NCBI GenBank assembly: GCA_043822065.1
Contig: JBDRCC010000021.1
Location: forward strand, 54,691 to 118,690
Reading direction: 5' to 3'
DNA length: 64,000 nucleotides
From: an archaeon
GTDB taxonomy: Archaea; Undinarchaeota; CAZHTU01; JBDRCC01
Part shown: positions 1 through 9,121 of the stretch, piece after piece
How positions within the stretch are numbered: the first letter of the stretch is position 1
Layout: every line of letters begins with the position of its first letter
Position numbers and translations under genes: made by a program
Notes under the pieces: generated by a model
What the model was told of the DNA's origin: nothing
The model's input: only the letters and a program-made list of their open reading frames with translations
Database searches by the model: none

Positions 1-141
1 GCAAGGTTCGCAATATTCCTCCTTATAGTCACTTTCATCCTAAAGAGCATGAGCTCCAAGCCAAGGCTGCCGAAATTCCTCCAGTCCAACAAGGTCCAGC
101 CGACGGTTATGAAACAGTATCCTGGCAACAAATCCAATTAA
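1..141 (+). CDS. 3' end of a gene entering the window (membrane protein C-terminus, partial)
   Basis: Frame 1 is open from base 1 to TAA at 139-141 (ARFAIFLLIVTFILKSMSSKPRLPKF...). It has a hydrophobic stretch and host-like codon usage. Confidence 0.55.
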   Translation, partial: ARFAIFLLIVTFILKSMSSKPRLPKFLQSNKVQPTVMKQYPGNKSN

Positions 142-198
142 ACCCCCTTTTCCCATCCTGAGCCAGAATATTTATATCCCCTCAGCCACCTGCAAACC

Positions 199-810
199 AT
201 GATTGAGCGCAAGGCCGCGTTTTTGGCGCTAATCCTCGCATCGGCAGGCACCGCCATGCTCTATGCAATACCCCAGGGCTACGGCGTCCCGCACACACCC
301 ATCCAAAAAATCACACCATCCTACGAGGGCGTGCCCGTGGTCGTCTCCGGCTCAGTCAGCCAGATAAAATCCACGGAGAAAGTTACACTCCTTACACTAT
401 CCGACGGCGAAGCCTCAATCCTCGTCCCTGTCTTCGACAAGGCGGAAGAATTCTCCATCGGAGAGGCGCTTGATGTCTCCGGCAAGGTCCAGCTCTACAA
501 CGGCGCGCTTGAGGTCATCCCGTCGGCAATATTGCGGGCGCCCCCCGCCCAAGAAAAAAACTTCGTCTCCGTTTCCGAGATAGGCGCTTCCTGGGAGAGC
601 CGGAGCGTCCGCATCCTCGGCAAGGTCGTCTCCTCCAAGGAATACAAAGACAGCCAGCTCATAAGCGTCGAGGACCACACTGGAAAAATAGATGTCTACA
701 CCGCACGGAAATACGAGCTTTGGAACGGCGACTACGTCTCGGTTGACGGAACCGTTTCAATGTACAAGGGCATGCCTGAGGTCAAAGCCACATCAATAGA
801 AAGGCTTTAG
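199..810 (+). CDS. Membrane-anchored tandem OB-fold nucleic-acid-binding protein
   Basis: N-terminal TM helix, then two OB-like repeats (V-x-V-x-G-x-V...L-x-D-x-x-G/A-x-I...V-x-G-x-V-x-x-Y-x-G-x-x-E). TTTATAT box at 171-177. Confidence 0.75.
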   Translation: MIERKAAFLALILASAGTAMLYAIPQGYGVPHTPIQKITPSYEGVPVVVSGSVSQIKSTEKVTLLTLSDGEASILVPVFDKAEEFSIGEALDVSGKVQLYNGALEVIPSAILRAPPAQEKNFVSVSEIGASWESRSVRILGKVVSSKEYKDSQLISVEDHTGKIDVYTARKYELWNGDYVSVDGTVSMYKGMPEVKATSIERL

Positions 811-813
811 CCG

Positions 814-1290
814 CTACCTTGGCGGCATCATGTCCTTTATGGACCTTGAGCTTACCACTGTCACGTTCCCGAGCGGGTCGACGTTCGGAAGTATCTTAGT
901 CCTCAGGTGCCCGAGCAGGAGCCTTGCAACGTCTGCGTGCTCCTCTTCACCCTCGACTATTATCGTGTCCCGCGGCGCGGCGCCCTTGCCTGCGACGACC
1001 GTGAAGAGCAGGTCAGCTTCGATTTTTGACTTCTTAAGCGGGAACTTCTTTTTTGAGCCGATGACCTTTGCCCCGAACCGCCTCGTCGGCATTGGCTTGC
1101 CGTTCTCGTCAGTCTCCTGCCGCCCCGTTGGGACGTCGTGCTCCTGCACCCTGATGTTTGCAAGGAACGTCCCCTTTTCGGTTATCTGCTCGTTTACTTC
1201 CTTGACGAGCTCTATGTCCGTCAGGATATCTCCTATTATCTCAAATGACTTCGCATGCGAGGGAATGAAGGTTATCTCGAAAAACTTCAT
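814..1290 (-). CDS. Hypothetical protein (158 aa)
   Basis: Host-like codon usage from the ATG at 1290 (MKFFEITF). The upstream extension in the ORF track runs through AT-rich promoter sequence. Confidence 0.65.
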   Translation of the reverse strand: MKFFEITFIPSHAKSFEIIGDILTDIELVKEVNEQITEKGTFLANIRVQEHDVPTGRQETDENGKPMPTRRFGAKVIGSKKKFPLKKSKIEADLLFTVVAGKGAAPRDTIIVEGEEEHADVARLLLGHLRTKILPNVDPLGNVTVVSSRSIKDMMPPR

Positions 1291-1369
1291 GCATATACTA
1301 AGCATTTTGTTATTTAAATCTGTAGTGATTTGAAAAAACATTAAATACTCTACAAACAAAATACATCCT

Positions 1370-1890
1370 ATGTCAAAAACTCCCCCTGCCAATTGGCGAT
1401 CCCGTCTCGTTAAACTTGATGCAGATGAAATAGTAGACTATTTAATAGCAGAACAAGAACAACAACTTAAGGAGAAAAGCCATCTGATGAGACTGAAGTT
1501 GTTTTTAAAGAAATTAAAAAACTCCTTAAAATATGCGAGAGTTTTGGAGTGGAAGGAGATACAGCTGAGCACGCGATACAGGACTTTTTAACTGTCTGTG
1601 GAAAAGACTATCTCTCTCCAGAGAATAGGGCTGAAATGCAAAAAATTGAGGATGAGGTGACTATTATCGGAAGGCTCAGAACGAAGAAAGACACGTATAT
1701 CTATGTACTAAAATTCATCAAGAAATTTGATGAACCTGTTAGTTTTAAGATGCTAAATCTTGCGCCAAAATCTTATCTGAAAGATAAATATAAACCTTTT
1801 ATACTAGACCTTGAAAGATTTAATATAATCCAAATAGATAGAAGCAAAGGCGAACGCAATTACCTCTATTCATTAAATACGCTTGGCTAA
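1370..1890 (+). pseudogene. AT-rich gene split by a -1 frameshift; C-terminal winged-helix-like domain
   Basis: ORFs 1370-1591 and 1549-1890 overlap, and the -1 frame is open from 1471. The C-terminus LDLERFNIIQIDRSKGERNYLYSLN resembles a wHTH recognition helix plus wing. Confidence 0.55.
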
Positions 1891-1922
1891 TCTATTTAAT
1901 TGGAAAGAATTATCAATCTCTC

Positions 1923-2432
1923 ATGATAACCATTCTTAGGCTTTCCCACCGCATTTCGAGGGACAAGCGGCTCTCGACCCACCTCGGGCTTGTAGCCCGC
2001 GCCTTCGGCGCCGACAAGGTCATCTACACCGGCGAAAAGGACGAGCACCTGTTTGAGTCCCTCCGCAAGGTCGCAGGCGACTGGGGCGGAAAGTTCGAGG
2101 CGGAGCACGCAAAGAGCTACCGCAAGGTCATCAAGGAGTTCAACGGAACTGTCGTCCACCTGACGATGTACGGCATGCCAGTCCAGGACAAGGCCGCCGA
2201 GCTCCGCGGCAAGGACCTTTTGATAATCGTCGGCGCCGGGAAAGTCCCGGGCGACGTCTACGAGCTGGCTGACTATAATATTTCAGTCACACTCCAGCCG
2301 CACTCCGAGGTCGCAGCCCTCGCAATCCTCCTGGACAGGCTCCAGAACGGCGCAGAGCTTTCCAAAACGCACTCCGGCGCGAAGAAAAAGGTTATACCAA
2401 ATGCCAAAGGCAAAACACTCATTCAGGATTGA
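1923..2432 (+). CDS. trm56: tRNA (cytidine(56)-2'-O)-methyltransferase (SPOUT)
   Basis: Motifs LRLSHRISRDKRLSTHLGLVARAFGAD, VHLTMYG, IVGAGKVP and QPHSEVAALAILLDRL. Confidence 0.95.
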   Translation: MITILRLSHRISRDKRLSTHLGLVARAFGADKVIYTGEKDEHLFESLRKVAGDWGGKFEAEHAKSYRKVIKEFNGTVVHLTMYGMPVQDKAAELRGKDLLIIVGAGKVPGDVYELADYNISVTLQPHSEVAALAILLDRLQNGAELSKTHSGAKKKVIPNAKGKTLIQD

Positions 2433-2616
2433 GATAGACGGCGAAAAAAGGCAGCTAAGCCTAAGGCCAGGCGCGAATGTCGATGGCCTCCTAACCGAAC
2501 TCGGCTACACCTCCGAGGACTACCTCGCAACAATCGATGGCAGGCTTTCCCACCCCTCCACAAAAATCTCCCCCTCCATGAAGATAAAACTCCACCGGGT
2601 GGCTTCCAGTGGCTAA
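2401..2616 (+). CDS. MoaD/ThiS-family ubiquitin-like sulfur carrier (SAMP/TtuB-like); C-terminus is -SG
   Basis: 71-aa beta-grasp-type pattern. It overlaps both trm56 and the downstream thiolase and ends HRVASSG. Confidence 0.75.
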   Translation: MPKAKHSFRIEIDGEKRQLSLRPGANVDGLLTELGYTSEDYLATIDGRLSHPSTKISPSMKIKLHRVASSG

Positions 2617-3526
2617 GTGCTTCTTATGCAAAAAGCCCGCGGTGATAGACTGCAGGTACGGGGCGAAGTCCTACTGCGCAGGCTGCTTCACCAAGACAAT
2701 CGACCAGCGGATAAGCAAGACAATCCGCATACACGAAATGATAAAAACGCACGACCACGTCGCAGTCGGGTACTCCGGCGGGAAGGACTCCGGCCTCGCC
2801 CTCTACAAGATTGCCCAGCTTTCGAAGAAGCTCCCCATGGAAATCACGGCAATCACGGTCGATGAGGGCACGAAGGGCTACCGCGACAAGTGCATTGAGC
2901 TCACGAAAAAGTACTGCAAGGAGCTCGGTGTGAGGCAGGAAGTAGTCTCCTTCAAGCAGATGTTTGGCATCACCATGGACCAGGTCGCAGGAAAAAAGCT
3001 CCGGAAGGGCACCTGCTCCTACTGCGCGGTATACCGGCGGAAGGCGCTGAACAATGCCGCCCGTGAAATCGGCGCGGACAGGCTTGTCATCGCCCACAAC
3101 CTCGACGACGAGGTCCAGTCCATAGTCATGAACTACTTCCGCGGCGACCTTGAGCGGTCAGCCCGCCTCGGCGCCAAGTCCTACCCAGTCTACCCGGGCT
3201 TCGTCCAGAGGATTAAGCCCATCCGGAATGTCCCTGAGCGCGAGACGCTCGCCTACTGCCTGATAAAGGGAATACCGTTCTACGAAAAGCGCTGCCCCTA
3301 CTCGCACGACGCTAGCAGGAACGACGTGAAGCGCATGCTCAACCAGTACGAGTCAATCCACCCGGGGACGAAGCAGTCCCTCCTGAACTCCTTCGACGAC
3401 CTCCTTCCGCTCCTGAAGGCGAAATACAGGCTCGAGAGGCTAAACCCCTGCGCGGAATGCGGCGAGCCTGCGTCCGGCGCAGTCTGCAGGCCATGCTCCT
3501 ACCTGAAGGAAATTCAAAAACGTTAA
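2609..3526 (+). CDS. ncsA: tRNA 2-thiolation protein (NcsA/TtuA/Ctu1 family)
   Basis: N- and C-terminal Zn-finger CxxC pairs, PP-loop SGGKDS, CSYC motif, AHNLDD and CPY. Confidence 0.92.
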   Translation: MAKCFLCKKPAVIDCRYGAKSYCAGCFTKTIDQRISKTIRIHEMIKTHDHVAVGYSGGKDSGLALYKIAQLSKKLPMEITAITVDEGTKGYRDKCIELTKKYCKELGVRQEVVSFKQMFGITMDQVAGKKLRKGTCSYCAVYRRKALNNAAREIGADRLVIAHNLDDEVQSIVMNYFRGDLERSARLGAKSYPVYPGFVQRIKPIRNVPERETLAYCLIKGIPFYEKRCPYSHDASRNDVKRMLNQYESIHPGTKQSLLNSFDDLLPLLKAKYRLERLNPCAECGEPASGAVCRPCSYLKEIQKR

Positions 3527-3551
3527 ATACTTCCCAGCCCAAATTACCCTT

Positions 3552-3815
3552 GGTGGCTAGGCGGGGAGATAGTCGTACCCTTTACGCGAAATCGACTTCA
3601 GCGCGGCCGAATGCCCTTTTGAGGCGGATAGGCTTTCTAATCTAGCCGTTTCCAAGCGTCGAAGCCCTGCCCTCAGGGGTGGTGCATCTGGACGAACCGG
3701 GCCAGGCGGGGAACCGTGCAACCCTAATCCTTATGTATTACGCTCTGCGGATCACGGGGTGGAGTTTGGATCGGTATTGGATTAGTTTGCACTAGCGTCG
3801 ATTAAGGGTGCCACC
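3552..3815 (+). ncRNA. ffs: Archaeal signal recognition particle (7S) RNA
   Basis: Ends pair (GGTGGC/GCCACC). The Alu domain has complementary loops AGTCG/CGACT. Helix 8 motif GCCAGG-CGG-GGAA-CCG-TGCA. TTAAATA box at 3523-3529 and a T-tract after the gene. Confidence 0.9.
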
Positions 3816-3820
3816 ACCTC

Positions 3821-3867
3821 AACCTTTTTCTTTTTAAAAAAGAAAAACGTTGGCGAAAAAGAAAACT
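3821..3867. repeat. Dispersed Y-R-R hairpin/triplex-type repeat, copy A
   Basis: AACCTTTTTCTTTTTAAAAAAGAAAAACGTT-GGC-GAAAAAGAAAACT; same architecture as the copies at 14336, 23075 and 53873. Confidence 0.65.
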
Positions 3868-3873
3868 GGACAA

Positions 3874-4863
3874 ATGACCAATTCCACTGACAACACACAA
3901 TTAAAGACTTGGGTACCCCTGCTAATATTCTCCATTATGCTTACCTGCGGCTGCACTAGCTATTCAGAGCCAACCAAACCTGGCCAATTCGCAGACCAGG
4001 GCGGCGCTGGCGCATTCAACCTCAGTGGCACTCCTGCAGCATCTTACTGCTATTCTGACGCCGAAGTGGCTGAGCTGAATAACGAGATGCTGGATGTCTT
4101 TAGGGACCTTGTCGAACCGAGACGCTATTATCATGGAATACGGCGGGATGTCGAATACTCACCGGCCCATGGCATAACAATGAACAACGTCCTTGAGATC
4201 CCAGAGGAAGTTTACCTTGAGTACACCTACCTGTACAAGGATTACGCTGTAGTAGATACTCACTACGCACCCGACGGCGTTGAGCGGATGGTCAGCCTAA
4301 AATTCCTGGTGCCAGCGGATGCCGAGACGGAATTCAGCCCGTCCGAAGTGCAGGGCTTTGTCAAGGGGTACATGGAAAAGCGCGCAAGATACTTCAACAC
4401 AGATTTTAGCGAAATAGAATTCGGGAAGCCGGTATACCATGACTGGGACTCCTCCTGGGAAATGGGGATAGCGCGCAAGAAGGACGGCGCCGTCTCAATT
4501 CCAGGCGGCGCCCAATTCACAATATCCAACTATGGCGTAGTCTACCACTTTCTCGCCTCCGAGGATGCCGTAGGGACTATAGTCGCTGTTCCAGACCTTG
4601 AGCTCCCCGCAACCCCCAAAATATCAAAATCCGACGCGGAGCGAATCGCAAAGCTCCAGGACGGCATACCTCAGACACCCATAATCGAACGCGCCGAGAT
4701 GTCATTCAAGACTGTATGGAGCAATGAAACCTGCATAGACTACTGGCTGTTGTGGACCATCGACTTTTCCTGTACAGGCTCTGACGCAAAATACGATAAA
4801 ATAATAATCGACGCGCTTGATGGCTCAGTCGTTGCCAAGACGTTCAAATGCTACGCAACATAG
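3874..4863 (+). CDS. Secreted lipoprotein with PepSY/YcdB-like C-terminal region
   Basis: Hydrophobic signal ending LTCGC (lipobox-like), plus PKISKSDAERIAK and IIIDALDGSVV motifs. ATG at 3874 is preferred because the TTG at 3850 lies inside the repeat. Confidence 0.65.
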   Translation: MTNSTDNTQLKTWVPLLIFSIMLTCGCTSYSEPTKPGQFADQGGAGAFNLSGTPAASYCYSDAEVAELNNEMLDVFRDLVEPRRYYHGIRRDVEYSPAHGITMNNVLEIPEEVYLEYTYLYKDYAVVDTHYAPDGVERMVSLKFLVPADAETEFSPSEVQGFVKGYMEKRARYFNTDFSEIEFGKPVYHDWDSSWEMGIARKKDGAVSIPGGAQFTISNYGVVYHFLASEDAVGTIVAVPDLELPATPKISKSDAERIAKLQDGIPQTPIIERAEMSFKTVWSNETCIDYWLLWTIDFSCTGSDAKYDKIIIDALDGSVVAKTFKCYAT

Positions 4864-4917
4864 TCTCCATAGCCCAAAGAAAAAACATATAGATACAATC
4901 AGTCTAATCAATGTCAT

Positions 4918-5003
4918 GCGGAGGTGGCAGAACCTGGTTAACGCGCAAGCCTGCTAAGCTTGTGGGCCTTTGGCCCGTTCGAGTTCAAATCTCGACCTCC
5001 GCG
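4918..5003 (+). tRNA. tRNA-Ser (GCU), long variable arm, no intron, CCA not encoded
   Basis: Acceptor stem GCGGAGG/CCTCCGC, anticodon arm CAAGC-CTGCTAA-GCTTG, variable arm GGGCC-TTT-GGCCC, T arm TCGAG-TTCAAAT-CTCGA, discriminator G. Confidence 0.96.
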
Positions 5004-5026
5004 CTCAACCTTTTCTTTTAGAACTA

Positions 5027-5401
5027 CTACTCTAACTTATTTCCAACCAGCGTGTCCACCATCCACCAGAAGATGAACACAAACAGCACCGGGTACAGCT
5101 TCGTGCCCTGGAATTCAAAGACCGGTATCTTGTCAATCTGCGTCAGGAACATGGTCGCAGACATCGACATCATCCATACCGCATGGAAAGCAAAGTGCTC
5201 CATCGTCTTCCTGTAGACGTACATCATCCCAAGCCCCACGAGAGTCACGGACAGGGCGATGTAAATCATGAACGGCACGGATGGCTTGATGTTGTTGTAC
5301 AGGTTGTAGGCCTCAGTAAACAGGAATAGGGACCCTACCAGCAGGAAGACATACCCGAATCCCCGCCCAAAGTCCTTGCCTACGCCGTCTTCAGTCACCA
5401 T
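5027..5401 (-). CDS. Hypothetical membrane protein (~4 TM)
   Basis: 124 aa with hydrophobic segments; TATA-like box upstream. Confidence 0.7.
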   Translation of the reverse strand: MVTEDGVGKDFGRGFGYVFLLVGSLFLFTEAYNLYNNIKPSVPFMIYIALSVTLVGLGMMYVYRKTMEHFAFHAVWMMSMSATMFLTQIDKIPVFEFQGTKLYPVLFVFIFWWMVDTLVGNKLE

Positions 5402-5447
5402 ACAATAATATTCTCCCTTCGCCTATATAAACCTACCAAGCGCCGCC

Positions 5448-6095
5448 CTACTTTAGAGAAAGCTCCTCGATAACCCTTTCCGAGTCAACTTCCGTGTTGA
5501 CGCACCCTGCCCGCGTGAGCTGCACGCCGTGGAGGCAAAGCCTCTTCTCGTGCGTCCTTAACCCGGCGAGCTGCATCTCCTTCAGGCAGGCAACGCCGAA
5601 AATCCCCATTGGCTTCAGCCTTTTCACTATCCTGTCCACGAAGCTCCCGCCCGGAACGACAAAAACCCTGTACCCGAGCTTCTCCGCGCTCTTTTTTATC
5701 TTGCCAATGGAGCACGCCCCGCAAGCCCTGCACTGGATTCCGTCCTTGTTCAGCGGCGCAGGGCAGGACTCAGCCCGGAGGCACTGCGGCAGGAAAAGAA
5801 TCCTATCCTTGTACGCGGTCTTCCTGAACCCCGGCAGGTCAGCCCTGTTCCTTATGTCGAGGCAGAGCTTGTCGATGGTGTCCTTTTCGACGCCGAAATA
5901 GTGCCCAATCTTTATTATCGGGAAATAAAGCGTGTAAAACACCCACAGGACGGCTGTCGGCAGGAAGAGCTTCTCTTTCCGGTACATCCAGAACCCCGCA
6001 GCAAATGCAAACATCACCAGGACAAAAAACGCGCCGAGCGCGAGGACTGCCACCCTACCTATATTATAATACGAAACCAGTGCAAGAACGCCCAT
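5448..6095 (-). CDS. DUF116-family protein (N-terminal TM helices, Cys cluster)
   Basis: LFLPQCLRAESCPA...GIQCRACGACSI...VVPGGS...GVACLKE...GCVNT pattern. Start reassigned to MGVLALV at 6095. Confidence 0.8.
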   Translation of the reverse strand: MGVLALVSYYNIGRVAVLALGAFFVLVMFAFAAGFWMYRKEKLFLPTAVLWVFYTLYFPIIKIGHYFGVEKDTIDKLCLDIRNRADLPGFRKTAYKDRILFLPQCLRAESCPAPLNKDGIQCRACGACSIGKIKKSAEKLGYRVFVVPGGSFVDRIVKRLKPMGIFGVACLKEMQLAGLRTHEKRLCLHGVQLTRAGCVNTEVDSERVIEELSLK

Positions 6096-6244
6096 GATAG
6101 TAATCTGAAGCGCGGAGTATTTAACCCTTCCGCGGCAGAGAAAAATTCTACCCGATGCACGCTGCACTGGGCAAAATCGACGACAAAAAGCTTGATTAGC
6201 CGGAACTCAAAAACTTTTTAAATGAGATGCCCATCCTATGCGCA

Positions 6245-6355
6245 ATGGGGCCGTATTCAGTTCCTTGGTCAACGTTTCTTGCCTGGGTGGTAGCCCTGGG
6301 AAGCGTAGCCCTTGCAATAGTCTGGGCTAGATGGTACACCCCAGAGGAGATTTAG
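6245..6355 (+). CDS. Small single-TM symporter accessory protein (36 aa, not in ORF track)
   Basis: MGPYSVPWSTFLAWVVALGSVALAIVWARWYTPEEI*. Its stop abuts the symporter ATG (TAG-ATG), and a TTTTTAAA box lies ~23 nt upstream of its start. Confidence 0.75.
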   Translation: MGPYSVPWSTFLAWVVALGSVALAIVWARWYTPEEI

Positions 6356-7789
6356 ATGGAAGAGACCATGATTTATGGCTCAGTCATCTCCGTCTACCTT
6401 CTTTCCCTCATACTCATCGGCTACGTCGCCTCAAAGAGGCACAAGACCTCGGCCGGCTTCTTCCTTGCCGGGAGGAGCATCGGGCCCTGGGTAACCTCAT
6501 TCTCATTCATCGCCGCGTACTTCAGCTCGGTGATTGTCGTCGGCGGGGGCGGCTTCGGGTACAAGTACGGCATGGCGACCCTGTGGATAAGCGCCATGAA
6601 CGTGCTCGTCGGCTGCACCCTTGCCTGGATACTGCTCGGGCCGAGGCTTAGGAAATTCACAACGCGGCTTGACACGATAACCGTCCCTGACTTCATCTCA
6701 AAGAGGTTCGGCGCCCCGTTCGCAAAGAGCTATTCCGCGGTCATCCTGTCCATGTTCCTTATAATCTACTGCATCAGCGTCCTCAAGGGGATGGGGAACA
6801 TCTTCGAGGGGCTGATGGGCATGGACTACAAGACGGGAGTCATAATCTCCGGCCTGATAATCGCGGTCTACGTCGCAATCGGCGGGTACCTTGCAGTCGT
6901 CTGGACCTCCTTCATCCAGGCGTGGATAAAGATAATCGGCTTAATCCTCCTGACACTCGCAACCCTGAAGGCGGTCGGCGGCTTCGAGGCGGCGCACGTG
7001 CAGCTTGCGGCGGTGAACCCGGGCTACGTCTCAACCCCAGGGGTATGGGGATGGGCAGGCCTGATATCATACGCATTCATATTCAGCTTCGGCGCCTGGG
7101 GCATGCCCCAGCTGCTGGTGAGGTTCTACTCGATAAAGGACCTGAAGACCCTGAAGCTCGGCACAGTCCTGGTGAGCGTTGGCGCCCTGATGGCTTTCCT
7201 CCCGTTCTTCAACGGCGCAGTTTCACGGTTACTGCTTCCAGACCTCGCAAACCCGGACCTGGCAATCCCGATGCTTTCCAAGATGGTCCTTTCCCCGTGG
7301 CTGGCGGCAATATTCCTCGCCGCGGTGGTCGCGGCAGGCATGTCCGCGTTCTCCTCAATCCTCATAGTCATCAGCAGCTCCATAGTCAAGGACATCTACC
7401 AGACGAGCATCAACAAGAACCTTGACGAGAAGATTTACCTCCGGTACAGCCGGGTCGTAAGCCTCATAGTTGGAATCATAGCAATCATGGTCGCGCTCAA
7501 CCCGCCGGCGATGATATTGGTCCTCGCTGCGTTCTCCTGGGCTGTCGTCGCCTCAACCTGCCTGTGGCCGATAGTCCTCGGCGCGTGGTGGAAGGGCGCA
7601 ACCCGCTGGGGCGTCACTTCCTCAATGGTCGTAGGCTCGCTGTTCGCGATGTCATGGATGCTTGCAGGGAACCCGTACGGGGTGCACGGCTTCATACCGG
7701 GCGTTGCAGTCGCCCTAATAGTCCTGATAGTCGTCAGCCTGTTCACTGAGAAGCCTTCTGAAAAGATAATAAAGAAGCTCTGGTCCTAA
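6356..7789 (+). CDS. Sodium:solute symporter (SSS family, PanF/PutP-like)
   Basis: FFLAGRSIGPW, GGYLAVVWTSFIQ and GMPQLLVRFYS motifs; ~13 TM helices. Confidence 0.92.
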   Translation: MEETMIYGSVISVYLLSLILIGYVASKRHKTSAGFFLAGRSIGPWVTSFSFIAAYFSSVIVVGGGGFGYKYGMATLWISAMNVLVGCTLAWILLGPRLRKFTTRLDTITVPDFISKRFGAPFAKSYSAVILSMFLIIYCISVLKGMGNIFEGLMGMDYKTGVIISGLIIAVYVAIGGYLAVVWTSFIQAWIKIIGLILLTLATLKAVGGFEAAHVQLAAVNPGYVSTPGVWGWAGLISYAFIFSFGAWGMPQLLVRFYSIKDLKTLKLGTVLVSVGALMAFLPFFNGAVSRLLLPDLANPDLAIPMLSKMVLSPWLAAIFLAAVVAAGMSAFSSILIVISSSIVKDIYQTSINKNLDEKIYLRYSRVVSLIVGIIAIMVALNPPAMILVLAAFSWAVVASTCLWPIVLGAWWKGATRWGVTSSMVVGSLFAMSWMLAGNPYGVHGFIPGVAVALIVLIVVSLFTEKPSEKIIKKLWS

Positions 7790-9075
7790 GCCTTTTCTTT
7801 TCTCAGGTCTATTACCCTCTTTGCCTTGCCCTCGCTCCTCGGCAGGCTGTTGAACCCGCCAAGCTCGACGCTCGCCTTTATCCCGAGTATGGACTGTATG
7901 CCGTCCTGGAGCGCCCTCTGGAGCTCAGGCGTCGGCTTCGTCCTCTCGTCAGTCTCAATCTTGATGGTCAGCTTGTCGAGGAGGTCCCTGTCAATCACTA
8001 TCTGGTAGTTCGGGCTTGCCCCCGGCACCTGGGTTATCACGTGCTCAATCTGGCTCGGGAAGACGTTCACCCCGCCCACAATGAGCATGTCATCGCTCCT
8101 GCCGCCAATCCTCATTATCCTAGGGTGGCTCCTGCCGCAGGCGCACTTGTCCTCGTTGAGTATTGTTATGTCCCTCGTCCTGTACCTTATCAGCGGCATG
8201 GACTCGCGTATCAGCGTCGTCACGACGAGTTCGCCCTTCTCACCAGGCCCAAGGACCTCCTGGGTCTCTGGGTCGATTACCTCGGCATAAAAGTAGTCGC
8301 TCCACAGGTGCAGGCCGTCCTGCTCCTCGCACTCTATCGCGACGCCCGGCCCGTACAGCTCTGACATGCCGTACATGTCGTACGCTTTCATCCCGAAGGC
8401 CTTCTGTATCTCCCGCCTCATGCCGTCCGACCACGGCTCAGCGCCGAATATCCCGCGCTTTATCGCCAGGTCCTTTTTCGGGTCTATGCCGTCCGCCTTT
8501 GCGGCTTCCGCAAGGTAGAGCGCATACGACGGGGTGCAGCACAGGACAGTCGACTGCATGTCTTTCATTATCATGAGCTGCCTCTTGGTATTCCCGGTCG
8601 CGACCGGTATGACCGCGCAGCCGAGCCTCTCTGCCCCGCCGTGGAACCCGAGCCCGCCCGTGAACAGCCCATACCCGTACGAGTTCTGGACTATGTCCTT
8701 TGAGGTGGCGCCAGTGCAGGCATAGCACCTTGCCATAAGCTCGTACCAGTCGTCAAGGTCCTTTCTCGTGTAGGACACGACTGTCGGCTTGCCTGTCGTC
8801 CCGGAGGACGCGTGGAACCTGTTTATCCTGTCAGTCGGGACTGCGAGTATTCCGTAGGGGTAGTGGTCCCGGAGGTCTGTCTTGACGGTGAATGGGAGCT
8901 TTGAAACGTCCTCAAGCTTCTTGATGCCGGAAGGCATAATCCCTGCCTCCTTGAGCCGCCTCTTGTATAGCGGCACATTGTCATAGCAGTGCTTCACGCT
9001 CTTCTTTATCCTCTGGAGCTGAAGCTTCTTTATCTCCGAAAGTTTCATTTTTTCCATCTTTTCGTGGTACATCAT
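7786..9075 (-). CDS. paaK: Phenylacetate-CoA ligase
   Basis: HASSGTTGKP, YGYGLFTGGLG, FGAEPWS, YGMSE, RYRTRD and GRSDDMLIVGGVNVFPSQIE motifs. Confidence 0.93.
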   Translation of the reverse strand: MMYHEKMEKMKLSEIKKLQLQRIKKSVKHCYDNVPLYKRRLKEAGIMPSGIKKLEDVSKLPFTVKTDLRDHYPYGILAVPTDRINRFHASSGTTGKPTVVSYTRKDLDDWYELMARCYACTGATSKDIVQNSYGYGLFTGGLGFHGGAERLGCAVIPVATGNTKRQLMIMKDMQSTVLCCTPSYALYLAEAAKADGIDPKKDLAIKRGIFGAEPWSDGMRREIQKAFGMKAYDMYGMSELYGPGVAIECEEQDGLHLWSDYFYAEVIDPETQEVLGPGEKGELVVTTLIRESMPLIRYRTRDITILNEDKCACGRSHPRIMRIGGRSDDMLIVGGVNVFPSQIEHVITQVPGASPNYQIVIDRDLLDKLTIKIETDERTKPTPELQRALQDGIQSILGIKASVELGGFNSLPRSEGKAKRVIDLRKEKA

Positions 9076-9121
9076 TCACTCCCCCGATTTCTTAATAAAC
9101 ATAAAATTTATATCCTTAGCC

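Noticed and set aside
4918-5030. Integrated element at the tRNA-Ser 3' end
   Set aside because: I saw no duplicate of the tRNA 3' end and no integrase in the window.
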